Shown here piece by piece: positions 63,211 through 64,000 of a DNA stretch of 64,000 bases. Each line of letters opens with the position of its first letter. Position 1 is the first letter of the stretch. Position numbers and translations under genes: made by a program. The notes below the pieces were generated by a model. It was given only the letters and a program-made list of their open reading frames with translations. It was not told the DNA's origin and made no database searches. The stretch comes from Chara braunii. Its lineage: Eukaryota > Plantae > Charophyceae. The stretch spans positions 1,695,361 to 1,759,360 of the forward strand of contig BFEA01000024.1 in NCBI GenBank assembly GCA_003427395.1. Direction: 5' to 3'.

Positions 63211-63280
63211 GAATTTCATTTTTAGGAGGTGAGCCTGGGTAGCCTGAATTTCATTTTTAGAAGGTGAGCCTGGGTAGCCT
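63211..63280. repeat. 35-bp tandem duplication
   Basis: GAATTTCATTTTTAG.AGGTGAGCCTGGGTAGCCT occurs twice. Confidence 0.9.
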
Positions 63281-63335
63281 GCGGTCATTACAATTGCTGG
63301 TCTGATCACACAAACAAATACAATTTCAATGTTAT

Positions 63336-63462
63336 GGGACGCTGGACCCGATTTCCAGCAGGTGTCGCTCCCCACCAATAGATGGAGCCTCCCCAGCGGT
63401 GCTAGTGGTGTCTGCTCTTACCAGCACCCCTAGCTTCAGCTCGGGAGTTTCTTTAAAAAAAA
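63336..63462 (+). mobile_element. Further LINE-B/C-family 3' terminus (SINE or truncated LINE end)
   Basis: GGGACGCTGGACCC..TTTCCAGCAGGTG..CTCCCCACCAATAGATGGAGCC, then the hairpin and an A run. Confidence 0.75.
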
Positions 63463-64000
63463 CAACGACCCTTGAAGAGAAAAAGAAAAGAAAAAAACAA
63501 GAGTAAGGGCTGCACGTGAATAATTTTTGGTTTCAAGAGTGACACGCCAAGCCCCTGCCATTTTGGTGAGCAGCATGGCCATTTTCCGCCCTTGGAACTC
63601 AAGTCACATCTCCTGGCTCCCTTGAGGTGCAGGTGGATCTTGCCTCTGGCACCCTTGAGTTTCAAGGGCCGGCTCGTGAAACCCAAATGTCTGTGCAACT
63701 TCTGCTGGTCACCCTACACACATATCATGCCCACGGCGCGTAGGGCACTGCAATGACAAATCTTGTATGGGTGCCTAGTACTGCGTACCCACTCCAGACT
63801 GGATAGTATCTTTCTTTCTTTTTTTTTTCTTTTAAAAAAAAAAAAAAAAAAAGGGCCCAGACTGGACTGGATAGTATCAAGAACGGGTCTGGAACAAAAG
63901 GGTTGCCTCTCGCCAATCTGCAGATATTGCAGGATGGCATCCCAACCAGCCAAGGCCACAATAGAGCACTGTGGCATACTGCGTAGCCACACGGGCCCTA

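Overview
Eukaryotic, repeat-dominated window with no intact host gene. The element mix suggests a green-lineage genome such as the charophyte Chara (inference only). It holds three decayed L1/Tx1-type LINEs: one with a twin-priming-type 5' inversion and 14-bp TSD, and one split exactly in frame by a Helitron. It also holds a PIF/Harbinger transposase relic with an upstream RING-like ORF, a Sola-like DDD transposase relic, a tRNA-derived SINE head, and three Penelope-like elements (PLEs), two of them with paired type-I hammerhead ribozymes in direct terminal repeats. A four-level nest resolves to base-level junctions: LINE > Helitron (34384-55716) > PLE (35953-48865; N-terminal GIY-YIG plus an upstream CCHC/coiled-coil ORF1) > 7.26-kb non-coding TG...CA element (39218-46479). 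The most unusual signal lies in that innermost element: ten hairpins (41.84-42.67 kb) share a 19-nt loop, CATTCATCTTAGAAACAAT, on stems that differ in sequence but stay paired, with G.U-biased wobbles pointing to a + strand RNA. A Nextera mate-pair adapter (55315-55352) and four N gaps are assembly artefacts.
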